DNA from: an uncultured Actinomycetes bacterium
Lineage (GTDB): Bacteria > Actinomycetota > Thermoleophilia > Gaiellales > Gaiellaceae
Assembly (NCBI GenBank): GCA_963815945.1
Contig: CAWFIN010000006.1
Span: 20,166-84,165 of the forward strand
Reading direction: 5' to 3'
Length of the DNA stretch: 64,000 nt
Shown: positions 35,345 to 45,314 of the stretch, one piece after another
How positions within the stretch are numbered: position 1 is the first letter of the stretch
How the letters are laid out: each line of letters starts with the position of its first letter
Notes under the pieces: model-generated
The model's database searches: none
What the model was told of the DNA's origin: nothing
The model's input: only the letters and a program-made list of their open reading frames with translations
Made by a program: the position numbers and the translations under genes

Positions 35345-36109
35345 GTGCGGACGATCTGCATCGCGAGCGCGCTGACCGTGCTGGCTGTTGCCGGCACCGG
35401 CGCGGCAGAGACTTCTGCCCGGTCGAACGCACTCACCGGGAACGTCTGGCTCCTGACCACGGTGCTGGGGAAAGCGCCCGTCGCCGGGACGAGCCCCACG
35501 TCCGAGTTCACGAGTGCGAGCGTTTCCGGATCCGGCGGCTGCAACCGCTACAGCGGCAAGGTCAGCGTGTCCGGAAGCACGATCCGGATCTCGGCGATCG
35601 CTTCGACCCAGATGGCATGCCAGCCGAAGATCATGGCCCAGGAAAGTATCTTCCTGAAAGCCCTCGCCTCGGCCCACAGCTTCAGCACCAGCGGCAGCAC
35701 GCTGACGCTCAAGGGCTCGAACGGCCGAATTCTCCTGACGTACAAGGCGCAATCCCAGCAGCTGGCGGGGACATCCTGGAGCGTCCTCTCCTACAACAAC
35801 GGGAAGCAGGGCGTCGTCAGCGTGAACGCTGCGACGAAGCTCACCGCAGCGTTCGCGAAGGACGGCAGCCTCACCGGGTTCGCCGGCTGCAACAACTACG
35901 CCGGGACCTTCAAAGGCACCGCACCGAAGATCTCGATCTCTCAGCTCTCGTCGACGAGGAAGTACTGCGCGACGCCCACGGGCGTAATGGACCAGGAGAG
36001 CCAATATCTTGCGGCCCTGCCCACTGCGGCGACCTACCGGGTCGAGGGTCGCACGCTGGAGATGCGCACCAAGTCGGGAGCGATCGCCGCAGAGTTTCAG
36101 GCGAAGTAG
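35345..36109 (+). CDS. Secreted protein with two META (HslJ-like) domains
   Basis: GTG 35345. Signal ICIASALTVLAVAGTGAA. Two copies of the G-CNxY-G...T-M-C pattern (SGSGGCNRYSGKV..STQMAC and GFAGCNNYAGTF..TRKYC). Confidence 0.75.
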   Translation: MRTICIASALTVLAVAGTGAAETSARSNALTGNVWLLTTVLGKAPVAGTSPTSEFTSASVSGSGGCNRYSGKVSVSGSTIRISAIASTQMACQPKIMAQESIFLKALASAHSFSTSGSTLTLKGSNGRILLTYKAQSQQLAGTSWSVLSYNNGKQGVVSVNAATKLTAAFAKDGSLTGFAGCNNYAGTFKGTAPKISISQLSSTRKYCATPTGVMDQESQYLAALPTAATYRVEGRTLEMRTKSGAIAAEFQAK

Positions 36110-36138
36110 ACGGCGCCGGAGGTCTCTCGGAGTCGCGA

Positions 36139-37250
36139 GTGGCGGAAGGTATCTTCATCACCGAGCTCGAGCCGGCGCCCGGGATTCGACTCGCGGTCAA
36201 GGACCTCTTCGACACCGCGGGAGTCCGGACAACGTACGGGTCGGCGGTCTTCACTGAGCACGTGCCGGATCGCAGCGCCGAGGCGGTGCTCCGGCTCGAG
36301 CGTGCGGGGTACGCCAACGTCGGCAAGACGAACCTGCACGAGTTCGCCTACGGGGTCACGTCGCAGAACCTCCACTACGGCACGGTTCCGAATCCAGGGG
36401 CTCCCGGGCGCACGTCGGGAGGCTCCAGCGGCGGGTCGGCCGCCGCGCTCGCCGCGCACATCGCAGACGCCGCGCTCGGCACGGACTCGGGCGGATCGAT
36501 CCGCATTCCTGCGGCCTGCTGCGAGATCGTCGGCTTCAAGCCGACCTACGGGCTGGTTCCTACCGATGGCGTGTTCCCGCTCGCGCCGAGCTACGACCAC
36601 GTCGGGCCGATGGCGCGAGACGTCACGGCATGCTCCGAGATGATGACGGCGCTCGTTCCCGGCTTCGAGCCAGGCTCCGTCGAGTCCCTCGAACGAGTGA
36701 CGGCCGGCTCAGCGTGGACCGAGCACGCTGACCCGCTCGTCCGGGCCCGCGTCGAAGCGGCCGCCGCGCTCCTTCCGCAATCCCGCCCTGTCGCTTTTCC
36801 GGAGCCCGAGGGGACGACGCCGGTCTTCATGCGTGAGGTCGGGGACGTCCACCGCGAGCTCTACGCCGAGTACGGGGAGCTGTACGGGGACAATCTCCGG
36901 CCCAAGATCGAACGCTGCATCGCGATCACCGACGCCGAGGCTGATGCAGCAGCGATCGCCCGCGTCGAATACGAAGAGCAGGCGCTCTCGGCGCTCGACG
37001 GGCTCGACCTCTTGCTGACGCCGACGCTCGGATTCGTGCCGCCGGCCGCCGATGTCGACGAGATCGCGACACGCGAGCGGTTCGTCCGCTTCACGTACCC
37101 GTTCAACCTGCTCGGGTGGCCCGCACTGGCACTGCCGTGCGGCGGGCGGAGGACGGTCTACCAGCATCGATCCAGATCGTCGGCCGCCCGGGGGACGACT
37201 CGCTCGTGCTCGCCGTCGGTCGCGCGCTCGAAGCGGCACTCGCGGTCTGA
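36139..37250 (+). pseudogene. Amidase-signature family amidase; one frame change near the 3' end
   Basis: GTG 36139. [52 protein letters not shown]. After LALPCG a shift near 37145 restores AEDGLPASIQIVGRPGDDSLVLAVGRALEAALAV-TGA (37248-37250). Confidence 0.85.
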
Positions 37251-37292
37251 CGCCGTCTACCACGTCGCCGTCGTCCAGTAGCGTGGCGGGCC

Positions 37293-38033
37293 ATGGGTCC
37301 CGACCTCGCGTTCGCTCAGGAGCTCGCCGACCGCGCCGATGCGATCACACTCGCGCGCTTCCGTTCGCTCGACCTCCGCGTCGAGACGAAACCCGACCTG
37401 ACCCCCGTCTCCGAGGCCGATCGCGCCGCCGAGGAAGCAATCCGCGAGCTCGTCGCGCGTAACCGCCCGGGAGAGGGCGTCCTGGGCGAAGAATTCGGCG
37501 ACGACGGGGCCGAGACGCGCTGGATCGTCGACCCGATCGACGGAACGAGAAACTACGTTCGCGGCATCCCGGTTTGGGGAACATTGCTGGCGCTGGAACG
37601 CGAAGGGCGAGTTGACGTGGCGGTCGTCTCGGCGCCGGCGCTCGGGCGGCGCTGGTGGGCGGTGCGTGGGGGCGGGGCCTTCGCGAACGGCGAGCCCTGC
37701 CGCGTGTCAGCCGTGGGGGAGATCAAAGACGCCGTCATCTCGACGGGGTCCGCGTCCGAGATGCCCCCGGGGTGGGCCACACTCGCCGCGCAGGCGTGGT
37801 CGGACCGTGCTTTCGGCGATTTCTGGCAGCACTGCCTGGTGGCCGAAGGAGGCGTCGAGGTTGCCACGGACGCGGTGCTCAGCCTCTGGGACTACGCCGC
37901 CGTGCAGCTCCTCGTCGAGGAAGCCGGCGGACGCTGCACGACCTTCGCCGGATCCGCGCCCGCGCCGGGCAACTCGTTCCTCTCGACAAACGGCCTCGTG
38001 CACGAGGCCGCGCTCGGGTTGCTCCAGGCCTAG
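37293..38033 (+). CDS. hisN: Inositol-monophosphatase-family histidinol-phosphatase
   Basis: Intact 246 aa. VSEADRAAEEAIR, WIVDPIDGTRNYVRGIPVWGTLLAL, LWDYAAVQLLVEEAGG. Confidence 0.75.
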   Translation: MGPDLAFAQELADRADAITLARFRSLDLRVETKPDLTPVSEADRAAEEAIRELVARNRPGEGVLGEEFGDDGAETRWIVDPIDGTRNYVRGIPVWGTLLALEREGRVDVAVVSAPALGRRWWAVRGGGAFANGEPCRVSAVGEIKDAVISTGSASEMPPGWATLAAQAWSDRAFGDFWQHCLVAEGGVEVATDAVLSLWDYAAVQLLVEEAGGRCTTFAGSAPAPGNSFLSTNGLVHEAALGLLQA

Positions 38034-39388
38034 AGATCGTCGAGCCGCACGCGTGCGACGCGGCGCCCGAGCTCTTGGAGCAGGTCGAAGTCGCCCGCTG
38101 CCTGCGCCCGAATCAACCGGGCGAAGCCGAACGGCCGCCCCGGAATCTTGAGCTCGTCGCCGTAGTCCTCGACGACCTGGATGAAGAGGCCCGTGTTCGG
38201 CCCGCCCTTGTGAAGCTGGCCGGTCGAGTGCAGGAAGCGCGGCCCCAAACCGGTCGTGACGACGCACCCGGTGGCCTCTCGTGCACGGCCCGCGAGCGCC
38301 GCAAGCCGCTCCTCGGCCACCGGCGACGGATCGACGAACGCCTGGATCGAGACGTAGTCGCCCGGCGAGGCCTGAGCGAGCAGCTCTTCAACCGAGCCCT
38401 GCGGCTCGAGCTCGAGATCCCCTGCCTCGAGCACCGCGTTCGTCCGGTCCTTGGCCGCCTGGACGTCGGGCTGGTCGAACGGGTTGACGACGAGGATCGA
38501 CCCGGCGACAGCCGTGGCGAACTCCCAGCGGAAGAACTCCTGGCCGAGCTCGTATGGGCCCGGCAGCCGAACCTCGGCCACCTGCCGGTCAAGCCCGTCG
38601 GGTGACTCGCCGGGCGCCGGAATGAGCCCCTTGCCAGACTTGCCCGTCGACTCGGCGACGAGTTGCTCGGCCCAGAGCCCGAAGCCATGGACGTCCTCGA
38701 TGCAGACCTTGTCCCGGCCCGCCTCCCAGCCATGCCCGAGCTCGAAGCCGAGCTCGATACCGGGATTTCCCTCGTCGAGCCGGCAGGCATCGGCCATCTC
38801 ACGTGCCCGGCCCAGCAGGCGCGCGACGTCCACCCCGAGCAGCGCTGCCGGAACCATCCCGAACGGTGAAAGCGCGGAGTACCGGCCGCCAATCGTGGGC
38901 TCCCCCGCGAAGACGGCGCGGAAGCCACGCTCTCGCGCCAACCGCTCGAGCTCTGACCCGGGGTCGGTGATCGCGACCCACTGCGAGCCGCGCGGCGCGC
39001 ACTTCCAGAAGTAGTCGGCGTGCGACCTCGTCTCGATCGTCGAGCCCGACTTCGACGCGGCGACAAACAGCGTGCGCTGGAGGTCGATCCGCGCTTCGAG
39101 CTCCCGGACGACCTTCGGATGGGTCGTGTCGAGGACGTAGAACCGCTCACCGCCGAACGCCCGTCGCAGCACCTCGGGGGCGAGCGAGGAGCCGCCCATC
39201 CCGAGCACGACGACGTCGGCAAAGTCGCCGACCACGTCGTCTGCGAGCGTCAGCAGGAGATCGATCTCCTCCTGCATGCGCGAGGGCTCGTCGAGCCAGC
39301 CGAGCCACCTCGCCTCGTCGCGACCGGTCCAGATCGCCGGATCGCGCGACCAGATCCGTTCGACGAGCTCCCGTCGCCCGGTCGTCAC
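38030..39388 (-). CDS. pgi: Glucose-6-phosphate isomerase (short actinobacterial type)
   Basis: Intact 452 aa. VVVLGMGGSSLAPEVL, FVAASKSGSTIETRS, GGRYSALSPFGMVPAAL. Confidence 0.85.
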   Translation of the reverse strand: MTTGRRELVERIWSRDPAIWTGRDEARWLGWLDEPSRMQEEIDLLLTLADDVVGDFADVVVLGMGGSSLAPEVLRRAFGGERFYVLDTTHPKVVRELEARIDLQRTLFVAASKSGSTIETRSHADYFWKCAPRGSQWVAITDPGSELERLARERGFRAVFAGEPTIGGRYSALSPFGMVPAALLGVDVARLLGRAREMADACRLDEGNPGIELGFELGHGWEAGRDKVCIEDVHGFGLWAEQLVAESTGKSGKGLIPAPGESPDGLDRQVAEVRLPGPYELGQEFFRWEFATAVAGSILVVNPFDQPDVQAAKDRTNAVLEAGDLELEPQGSVEELLAQASPGDYVSIQAFVDPSPVAEERLAALAGRAREATGCVVTTGLGPRFLHSTGQLHKGGPNTGLFIQVVEDYGDELKIPGRPFGFARLIRAQAAGDFDLLQELGRRVARVRLDDL

Positions 39389-39403
39389 CTCATGCCGCGG
39401 GGC

Positions 39404-39853
39404 TCATTGCTTCATCTCCCGCTCCATCGCCGCGACCTTCTCGAGCCGCGCGGCGTAGCGATCGCCTCCGTCGTAGCGGGCGCCCATGAAGACGGCAACG
39501 AGCTCGCGCGCCACCGACGGGCCGACGATTTCGGAGCCAAGGCAGAGGATGTTCATGTCGTCGTGCTCCACGGCCTGGTGCGCGCTGTACAGATCGTGGC
39601 AGATCGCGGCGCGGATGCCGGCCATCTTGCAGGCGGCGATCGCGGCGCCTGCACCGGAACCGCAGACGAGAACACCGCGCTCCGCGTCGCCCGACTGGAT
39701 CTTCTCGCCGACGGCACGCGCCTTGTCGGGGTAGTCGACACGAACGTCGGGGCTGTCCGTGCCGAGGTCGATCACCTCGTGGCCGGCAAGCGCCTCGAGA
39801 ATGGCGTCACGGAGATTGACCCCGCGGTGGTCGAAAGCGACTGCGACTCTCAT
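39404..39853 (-). CDS. rpiB: Ribose-5-phosphate isomerase B
   Basis: 149 aa from ATG 39853. RVAVAFDHRG, GVLVCGSGAGAAIAACKMAGIRAA, NILCLGSEIVG. Confidence 0.9.
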   Translation of the reverse strand: MRVAVAFDHRGVNLRDAILEALAGHEVIDLGTDSPDVRVDYPDKARAVGEKIQSGDAERGVLVCGSGAGAAIAACKMAGIRAAICHDLYSAHQAVEHDDMNILCLGSEIVGPSVARELVAVFMGARYDGGDRYAARLEKVAAMEREMKQ

Positions 39854-39877
39854 CACGGCGACAATACCCAAGACGCC

Positions 39878-41749
39878 ATGGCCGTTCTGATCGCATCGAA
39901 CCTCCGCAAGGAGATCGCAGGCACGCCACTCTTCGACGGCGTGTCCTTCAAGGTCGAGCGCCGCGACCGGCTCGCGCTCGCCGGGCCGAACGGCGCCGGC
40001 AAGACGACCCTGCTCCGTGCACTCGTCGCGGAGGTGTCGATCGAGGGTGGCGAGGTCGCCTTCGAGAAGGGCGCACGCGTCACCCTGCACGACCAGCGGC
40101 CGCCGGCCGGAAGCGACAAACCGCTCCGCGACTACGTCCTCGCCGGGACGGCAGATCTCGCCGCGCTCGAAGCCGAGCTGCGCTCGCTGGAACAGAGGAT
40201 GGCGGCAGGGGAGCACGACGCGCGCACGCTGCGCCGCTACTCGGAGGCCCAGTCACGGCTCGAGCATGCAGGCGGCTACGACTGGCGCGACCGGGCGGCG
40301 GCGGTCGTGCGCGGGCTCGGCTTTTCGACCGGCGACCTCGACCGCCCCCTCAACTCGTTCTCGGGCGGCGAGCTCACCCGCGCATCGCTTGCGCGTGCAC
40401 TCGCCGCGCAGCCTGACCTTCTGCTCCTCGACGAGCCGACGAACCACCTGGACATCGAGTCGATCGAGTGGCTCGAAGAGGTGCTCCGCACGATCGATGC
40501 CGCCGTGATCCTCGTCGCCCACGACCGCTGGTTCCTCGAAGCCGTGACGACAGCTGTCCTCGAGCTCGACAGCGGCCGCTCGACGTACTTCCCCGGAAAG
40601 TGGCACGTCTGGCGGCGTGAGCGCGCGGCGCGAGCGCTCCACGCTGCGAAGACGGCGGAGCGCCAGGCCGAGGACATCGCGCGCCTGGAGCGCTTCGTCG
40701 AGCGGTTCGGCGCCAAGAACACGAAGGCGCGGCAGGCACAGTCGAAGGTGAAACAGATCGAGCGGATCAAGGCAAAGCAGGTCGAGGCGGGTGGGCCGGC
40801 CCGGCGCACGCTCGGGTTCGAGTTCCTGAAGCCGAAGCGCTCCGGCCGCGTCGTCGTCGAAGTCCAGCACGTCGACCTTCGCGCCGGCGCGAAGGAGCTC
40901 CTCGACAACGTCGACTTCGCGCTCGAGCGGGGCGAGCACGTCGCGCTCGTCGGCCCCAACGGCGCCGGGAAGACGACGTTGCTCGAGACGATCGTCGGCC
41001 GCCGCGAGCCCGACGCGGGCCGGGTCAGCGTCGGCCACGGGGTCGAGATCGCCTACTTCTCGCAGCACGAGGTCGAGCTCGACGAGCGCGGCTCGGTGCT
41101 CGACGCCGCCGTCGCCGGAACCGGCCTGCGCCGGCCCGAGGCGCAGGCGCTCCTCGGGCGCTTCCTCTTCTCGGGCTGGGAAGCTCACGAGAAGCGCGTC
41201 TCGGCCCTCTCGGGCGGCGAGCGGCGCCGGCTCGCGCTCGCGCTCGTCGTCGCCAGCGGCGCGAACTTCCTCGTGCTCGACGAGCCGACCAACCACCTCG
41301 ATCTCGAGAGCCGCGAGGCGCTCGAAGCCGCCCTCGAGGCGTTCCCCGGCACCGCGCTCGTCGTCTCGCACGACCGCGCGCTGCTCGACGCCGTGGCAAG
41401 CCGGACGCTCGCGATCGAGGACGGCTCGATCGTCTCCTATCCGGGAGGCTGGGCCGAGTACATGCGCCGGCGAGGGACGGAACCGGAACCTCCCCAGCCG
41501 CCGCCGAAAGCACCAAAGCCGAAGCGAAGCCAGAAGGCGGCGCGCCCAACGGCACCCGCACCGACGCCGGTCGAGCTCGTCGAGCTCGAAATCGCCCGCA
41601 GCGAGGAGCGTATCGCCGAGCTCGAGCGGCGGCTCGCGGAAGACTGGACGGACGTCGACCTCCTTGCCTCGCACCGCGCAGCCCGCGACGACCTGGCAGC
41701 ACTCCTGGAGCGCTGGGAGACGCTCTTCGAGACCAGCCCGGGGCCCTAG
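39878..41749 (+). CDS. ABC-F family ATPase (two NBDs, no membrane domain, C-terminal coiled coil)
   Basis: ATG 39878, 623 aa. Walker A GPNGAGKTT occurs twice; signatures FSGGELTR and LSGGERRR; LLLLDEPTNHLD and FLVLDEPTNHLD. Confidence 0.9.
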   Translation: MAVLIASNLRKEIAGTPLFDGVSFKVERRDRLALAGPNGAGKTTLLRALVAEVSIEGGEVAFEKGARVTLHDQRPPAGSDKPLRDYVLAGTADLAALEAELRSLEQRMAAGEHDARTLRRYSEAQSRLEHAGGYDWRDRAAAVVRGLGFSTGDLDRPLNSFSGGELTRASLARALAAQPDLLLLDEPTNHLDIESIEWLEEVLRTIDAAVILVAHDRWFLEAVTTAVLELDSGRSTYFPGKWHVWRRERAARALHAAKTAERQAEDIARLERFVERFGAKNTKARQAQSKVKQIERIKAKQVEAGGPARRTLGFEFLKPKRSGRVVVEVQHVDLRAGAKELLDNVDFALERGEHVALVGPNGAGKTTLLETIVGRREPDAGRVSVGHGVEIAYFSQHEVELDERGSVLDAAVAGTGLRRPEAQALLGRFLFSGWEAHEKRVSALSGGERRRLALALVVASGANFLVLDEPTNHLDLESREALEAALEAFPGTALVVSHDRALLDAVASRTLAIEDGSIVSYPGGWAEYMRRRGTEPEPPQPPPKAPKPKRSQKAARPTAPAPTPVELVELEIARSEERIAELERRLAEDWTDVDLLASHRAARDDLAALLERWETLFETSPGP

Positions 41750-41758
41750 CCGTAAGTC

Positions 41759-42053
41759 CTAGCGCTCGAGCGGCGCCAGCGTGAGCCCGTAGCCGGAGAG
41801 CTGCTCGTGGTAGAGCTCGGCCAGCTCGCGGTCGCCCGACCAGACGATCGCCTGACCCGTGTTGTGGATCTCGTTCGCGAGCCGCATTCCCTTGTCGTAG
41901 TCGACGCCGGGAATCGTCTGGGCAAGCGCGAACGCGACACCCTCGAACGTGTTGTGGTCGTCGTTTCGCACGATCACGCGCCAGGCCTCGCCGGTGCCGG
42001 ATCCCGTGCTCCGGCGGGCCCGCTCCCGGGGTGGCGTGAGGGTCGATGCTCAT
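41759..42053 (-). pseudogene. clpS: ATP-dependent Clp protease adaptor ClpS; one frame change in the N-terminal tail
   Basis: Core WRVIVRNDDHNTFEGVAFALAQTIPGVDYDKGMRLANEIHNTGQAIVW. ATG 42053 (MSIDPHATPG) overlaps the pdtaR stop (ATGA) and joins the core after a shift near 42010. GTG 41977 is the only start that needs no frame repair. Confidence 0.75.
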
Positions 42054-42621
42054 TCGGCGTCAAAGGTAGCGATGACCGCCTCGGCGATCACGCGCAGCGG
42101 CCGGCCCGACACCTGGCTCGCCTTGCGCAGGCGGGCGAACGCGTCCGCCTCGGTCAGGCTTCTCCTTCTCCATCAGCAGGCCCTTCGCCCGCTCGATCAC
42201 CTTGCGCGCCGCGAGCGCCTCCGACAGCGAGTCGGCCTCTGCGCGCACCTGCGACGAGCTCCTCGAACCGGGCGCGCGCCGTTTCGATCGCCGGCACGAT
42301 GTCCTGCTCGCGGAACGGCTTCACGAGGTAGCCGAAGACCCCGACCTCGACCGCCCGCGCGACGAGCTCCTGCTGGCCGAACGCGGTCAGCATCACGATC
42401 GGGATCGGCCGCTCCTCGAGAATCCGCCGCGCCGCCTCGATCCCGTCGAGCCGCGGCATCTTGACGTCCATCACGGCGAGATCCGGCTCGAGCTCGCGCG
42501 CGAGCGCGACCGCCTCCTCGCCGTCGCGCGCCTCGGCCACCACCTCGTACCCGGCCCGCTCGAGCAGCCCGCGCAGGTCGAGGCGGATGATCGTCTCGTC
42601 CTCGGCGACCAGGATCCTCAT
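42050..42621 (-). pseudogene. pdtaR: Response regulator with receiver and ANTAR RNA-binding output domain (PdtaR-like); two frame changes
   Basis: MRILVAEDETIIRLDLRGLL..DLAVMDVKMPRLDG..GYLVKPF | ..SLSEALAARKVIERAKGLLMEKEK | LTEADAFARLRKASQVSGRPLRVIAEAVIATFDAE-TGA. Shifts near 42245 and 42163. Confidence 0.8.
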
Positions 42622-44033
42622 TCGGCCGGGAAACCGCACCTCGGCGCGCGCGCCGCCGTCGGAACGAAGGTCGAGCGTGCCGCGCAGCTCGTCCCGCACG
42701 AGCGCTCGCACGATCGAGAGGCCGGTCCCCGGCGCGGCTCGCCGACGATCCCGGGGCCGTCGTCGGCGATCGAGAGCACGATCTCGCCGTCGTCGCGGGC
42801 GAAGCTCGACCTGGACGTGCTTGCCGCCGTGCTCGAGGGCGTTCCCGAGCAGCTCCGAGAAGACGAGCGCGAGCGCCGTCGCGCCGTTGCCGGCGAGCGA
42901 CACGGCTCGAGCTCGGCCTCGACCTCCTTGCCGGCTCCGACGCCCTGCACCAGCATCGCGCGCAGCCGGTCGAGCAGGTCGGCCAGGTCGACGTCCTCGT
43001 CGCGCCGCTCGGTCAGCACCTCGTGCACGGCGGCGATCGCGAGGATCCGGTTGACCGAGTCCTCGAGCGCCTTGCGCGGATCGATGACGCCGTCGGCGCG
43101 AGCCTGGAGGCGCAGCAGCGACGCCACGGTCTGGAGGTTGTTCTTGACGCGGTGGTGGATCTCCTGGGCGAGCACGCCGCGCATGACGGCGCGGCCGTGC
43201 TCGAGCGCGACCGCCGCGTGCTGGGCGATCGAGGCGAGCAGCTCGCGGTCGTGCTGGGTGAACGGCGTGGCCCGGTCGGCGACGAGCTCGCCGATCTGCC
43301 GGCCGCGCCAGCGCAGCGGCTGGCGGAGCGCGTGCGCGTCGGCGCGTCCCTCCGGCCAGGCGATCGAGCCGTCCTCGAGGACGAGCGCCGCGCCGGTCGC
43401 CGAGAGCGCGTCCATCGTCGTCTTGACGATCGCCTCGAGCGACTCCTCGAGGTAGAGCGACTCGGAGACCGCCTCGGAGATCCGCGCGAGCGCCTCGAGC
43501 TCGTGGACGCGCCGCTGCGCCTCGGCGTAGAGCTTGGCGTGCTCGATCGACTGCGCGACCTGCGCCGCGATCGCGAGCAGCAGGTCGATCTCGTCGGCGG
43601 TGAACTCGCGCGGCTCGCGCGTGCGGACGTTGAGCGCGCCCTCGAGCCGCTCGCCGCGCGCGAGGATCGGCACGGCGAGGATCGACTCGTACTCGTCCTC
43701 GGGCAGGTTCGGGAAGTTCTTGAAGCGCGGGTCGAGGTGCGCCTGGCTCGCGATCATCACCGGCGCGCGCGCCGCCGCGGCCGAGCCCGTGATGCCCTCG
43801 CCGGGGCGCATCCGCGGGCGCTGCGTCATCTCCTCGACCTTCGTCCCGTGCGTCGCGCGCAGCACGAGCTCGCCGGCACGCTCGTCGTAGAGGTAGACGA
43901 AGCACGCGTCGGCGTGGAGCGCGTCGGCGACCTTCGAGGCGACGAGCTGCGAGCACCTCCTCGAGGTCGAGGTCGAGTTGACGGCCTCGATCGTCTCGGT
44001 CAGCAGGCGTAGGTGGCGCTCGAGGGTTTCCAT
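42618..44033 (-). pseudogene. pdtaS: Cytoplasmic GAF-GAF sensor histidine kinase with PdtaS-type H-box; frame broken at least 5 times
   Basis: ATG 44033. Two GAF-like modules (FVYLYDERAGELVLRATHG..ILAVPI; TGAALVLEDGSIAW). H-box EIHHRVKNNLQTVASLLRLQAR. ATPase part LVFSELLGNALEHGG, ADDGPGI and GLSIVRALV lies in other frames. The stop overlaps the pdtaR ATG (ATGA). Confidence 0.75.
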
Positions 44034-44060
44034 CCGCCTCGAAGCGTACGCTCGCGCGCG

Positions 44061-44539
44061 ATGAGCCTCGACCAGTGGCTGCTCGCGCTGCACGTGACCG
44101 GGGCGTTCCTCGTTCCTCGGCGGAGCGGTGATTGCGCGGCATCTTCGGCGTCGCTCGCGCTGCGCAGCACGCCGGCCGAGCGAGATCGCGCTGTTCCTCG
44201 GCCTGACACGCGTCGCGGTCGTCTGATCGGCGTCGGCGCGATGCTCACGCTCGTGCTCGGGCTCTGGCTCGTGCACCGGCTCGGCTACTCCTACGCCAGT
44301 GCTGGGTGATCGTCGCCGTCGTTCTGCTCTGGTGGCGCGCGCCGCCGCCAGGCGGGGATCGGTGGCGCGCGAAGACGAAGACCGGCGCGCTCGCGCGAAG
44401 CTCGCGCGGCAGGGCGATGCGCCCGAGCGCGGAGCTGCGCGCCGCGTTCGCGACCCTCGTCACGCTCGCGCTCTCGTGGGGAGCCGGCGCCGGCATGCTC
44501 GCGATCCTCGCGCTCATGATCTGGAAGCCGGGCGCCTGA
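44061..44539 (+). pseudogene. Four-helix membrane protein (possibly DUF2269-like), copy 1; several frame changes
   Basis: ATG 44061. MSLDQWLLALHVTGAFL.., ..LIGVGAMLTLVLGLWLVHRLGYSYAS.., ..FATLVTLALSWGAGAGMLAILALMIWKPGA-TGA. The pieces lie in three frames. Confidence 0.4.
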
Positions 44540-44993
44540 TGCTCGCCGCCGTCCGCCCGGACGCCTGGGACCTGCCGCTCTTCCTGCACGTCCTCGGCGC
44601 GATCGCGCTCTTCGGCGCGACCGCCGCGGTCGCGATCCTCGCCTGCGGCCGCCGCGCAGGTCGGAGCCGTGCAAGCGCTCTCGCGCGCGGACGCCTTCGG
44701 CACGCTCCTCCTCGTCGCGCTGCCGGCCTGGGTGGTCTCTGATACTGCGGCTCGGGCAATGGACGAAGTCGAAGGAGGCACTTCCCGGACGGCGTCGAAC
44801 TGGGTCGAGGTCCCGGCGACGATCGCCGGCGTCGGCATCGTCGTCGCTCCTCGCGGCGACCGGCGATCGCGTTCTCGTGGCGCGGCGAGCCCGAGGGAGC
44901 GTGGCAGCCGCGGGCGCTCGCCGTCCTGTCGGCGCTCTACATCGTCGCGCTCGGCGTCGCCTGGTGGGTCATGACCGCAAGCCCGGGCTTTGA
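44539..44993 (+). pseudogene. Membrane protein paralogous to the preceding gene, copy 2; several frame changes
   Basis: ATG 44539 shares its A with the upstream TGA. MLAAVRPDAWDLPLFLHVLGAIALFGATAAVAILA.., ..AFGTLLLVALPAWVV.., ..ALAVLSALYIVALGVAWWVMTA then KPGL-TGA (44991-44993) after a shift. Both copies end W..KPG. Confidence 0.35.
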
Positions 44994-45032
44994 ACTGCTC
45001 ACAAACTTCTTACCGACGGAGGGGGAATTTCT

Positions 45033-45314
45033 TTGCACGAGGAGAATAGGTTCGGAAGCATGAGCGCAGTCGCCCTCGATCTTCGTTCGACCGCCGGCTT
45101 CCTGGTGGCAGACGCGCAGGGCCGGGTCGTCGGCCGGGTCGAGTGCCCGATGTACGGCAGCTCGCCCGAGACGCCCGACGCGCTCTCCGTCCGCTCGGGG
45201 TTCTTCACCCGCAGGCGCCGGCTCGTGCCCGCCGAGTCGATCGAGCAGATCGACGACGGCTCGAGGGTGATCGGGCTGCGCGTCGAGCGCGACTCGATTC
45301 GCACGTTCCTCTAG
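45033..45314 (+). CDS. PRC-barrel-like small protein
   Basis: TTG 45033 lies about 8 nt after GGAGGGGG. GFLVADAQGRVVGRVECPMY..LVPAESIEQIDDGSRVIGLRVERDSI resembles PRC-barrel proteins. ATG 45060 is an alternative start. Confidence 0.5.
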   Translation: MHEENRFGSMSAVALDLRSTAGFLVADAQGRVVGRVECPMYGSSPETPDALSVRSGFFTRRRRLVPAESIEQIDDGSRVIGLRVERDSIRTFL

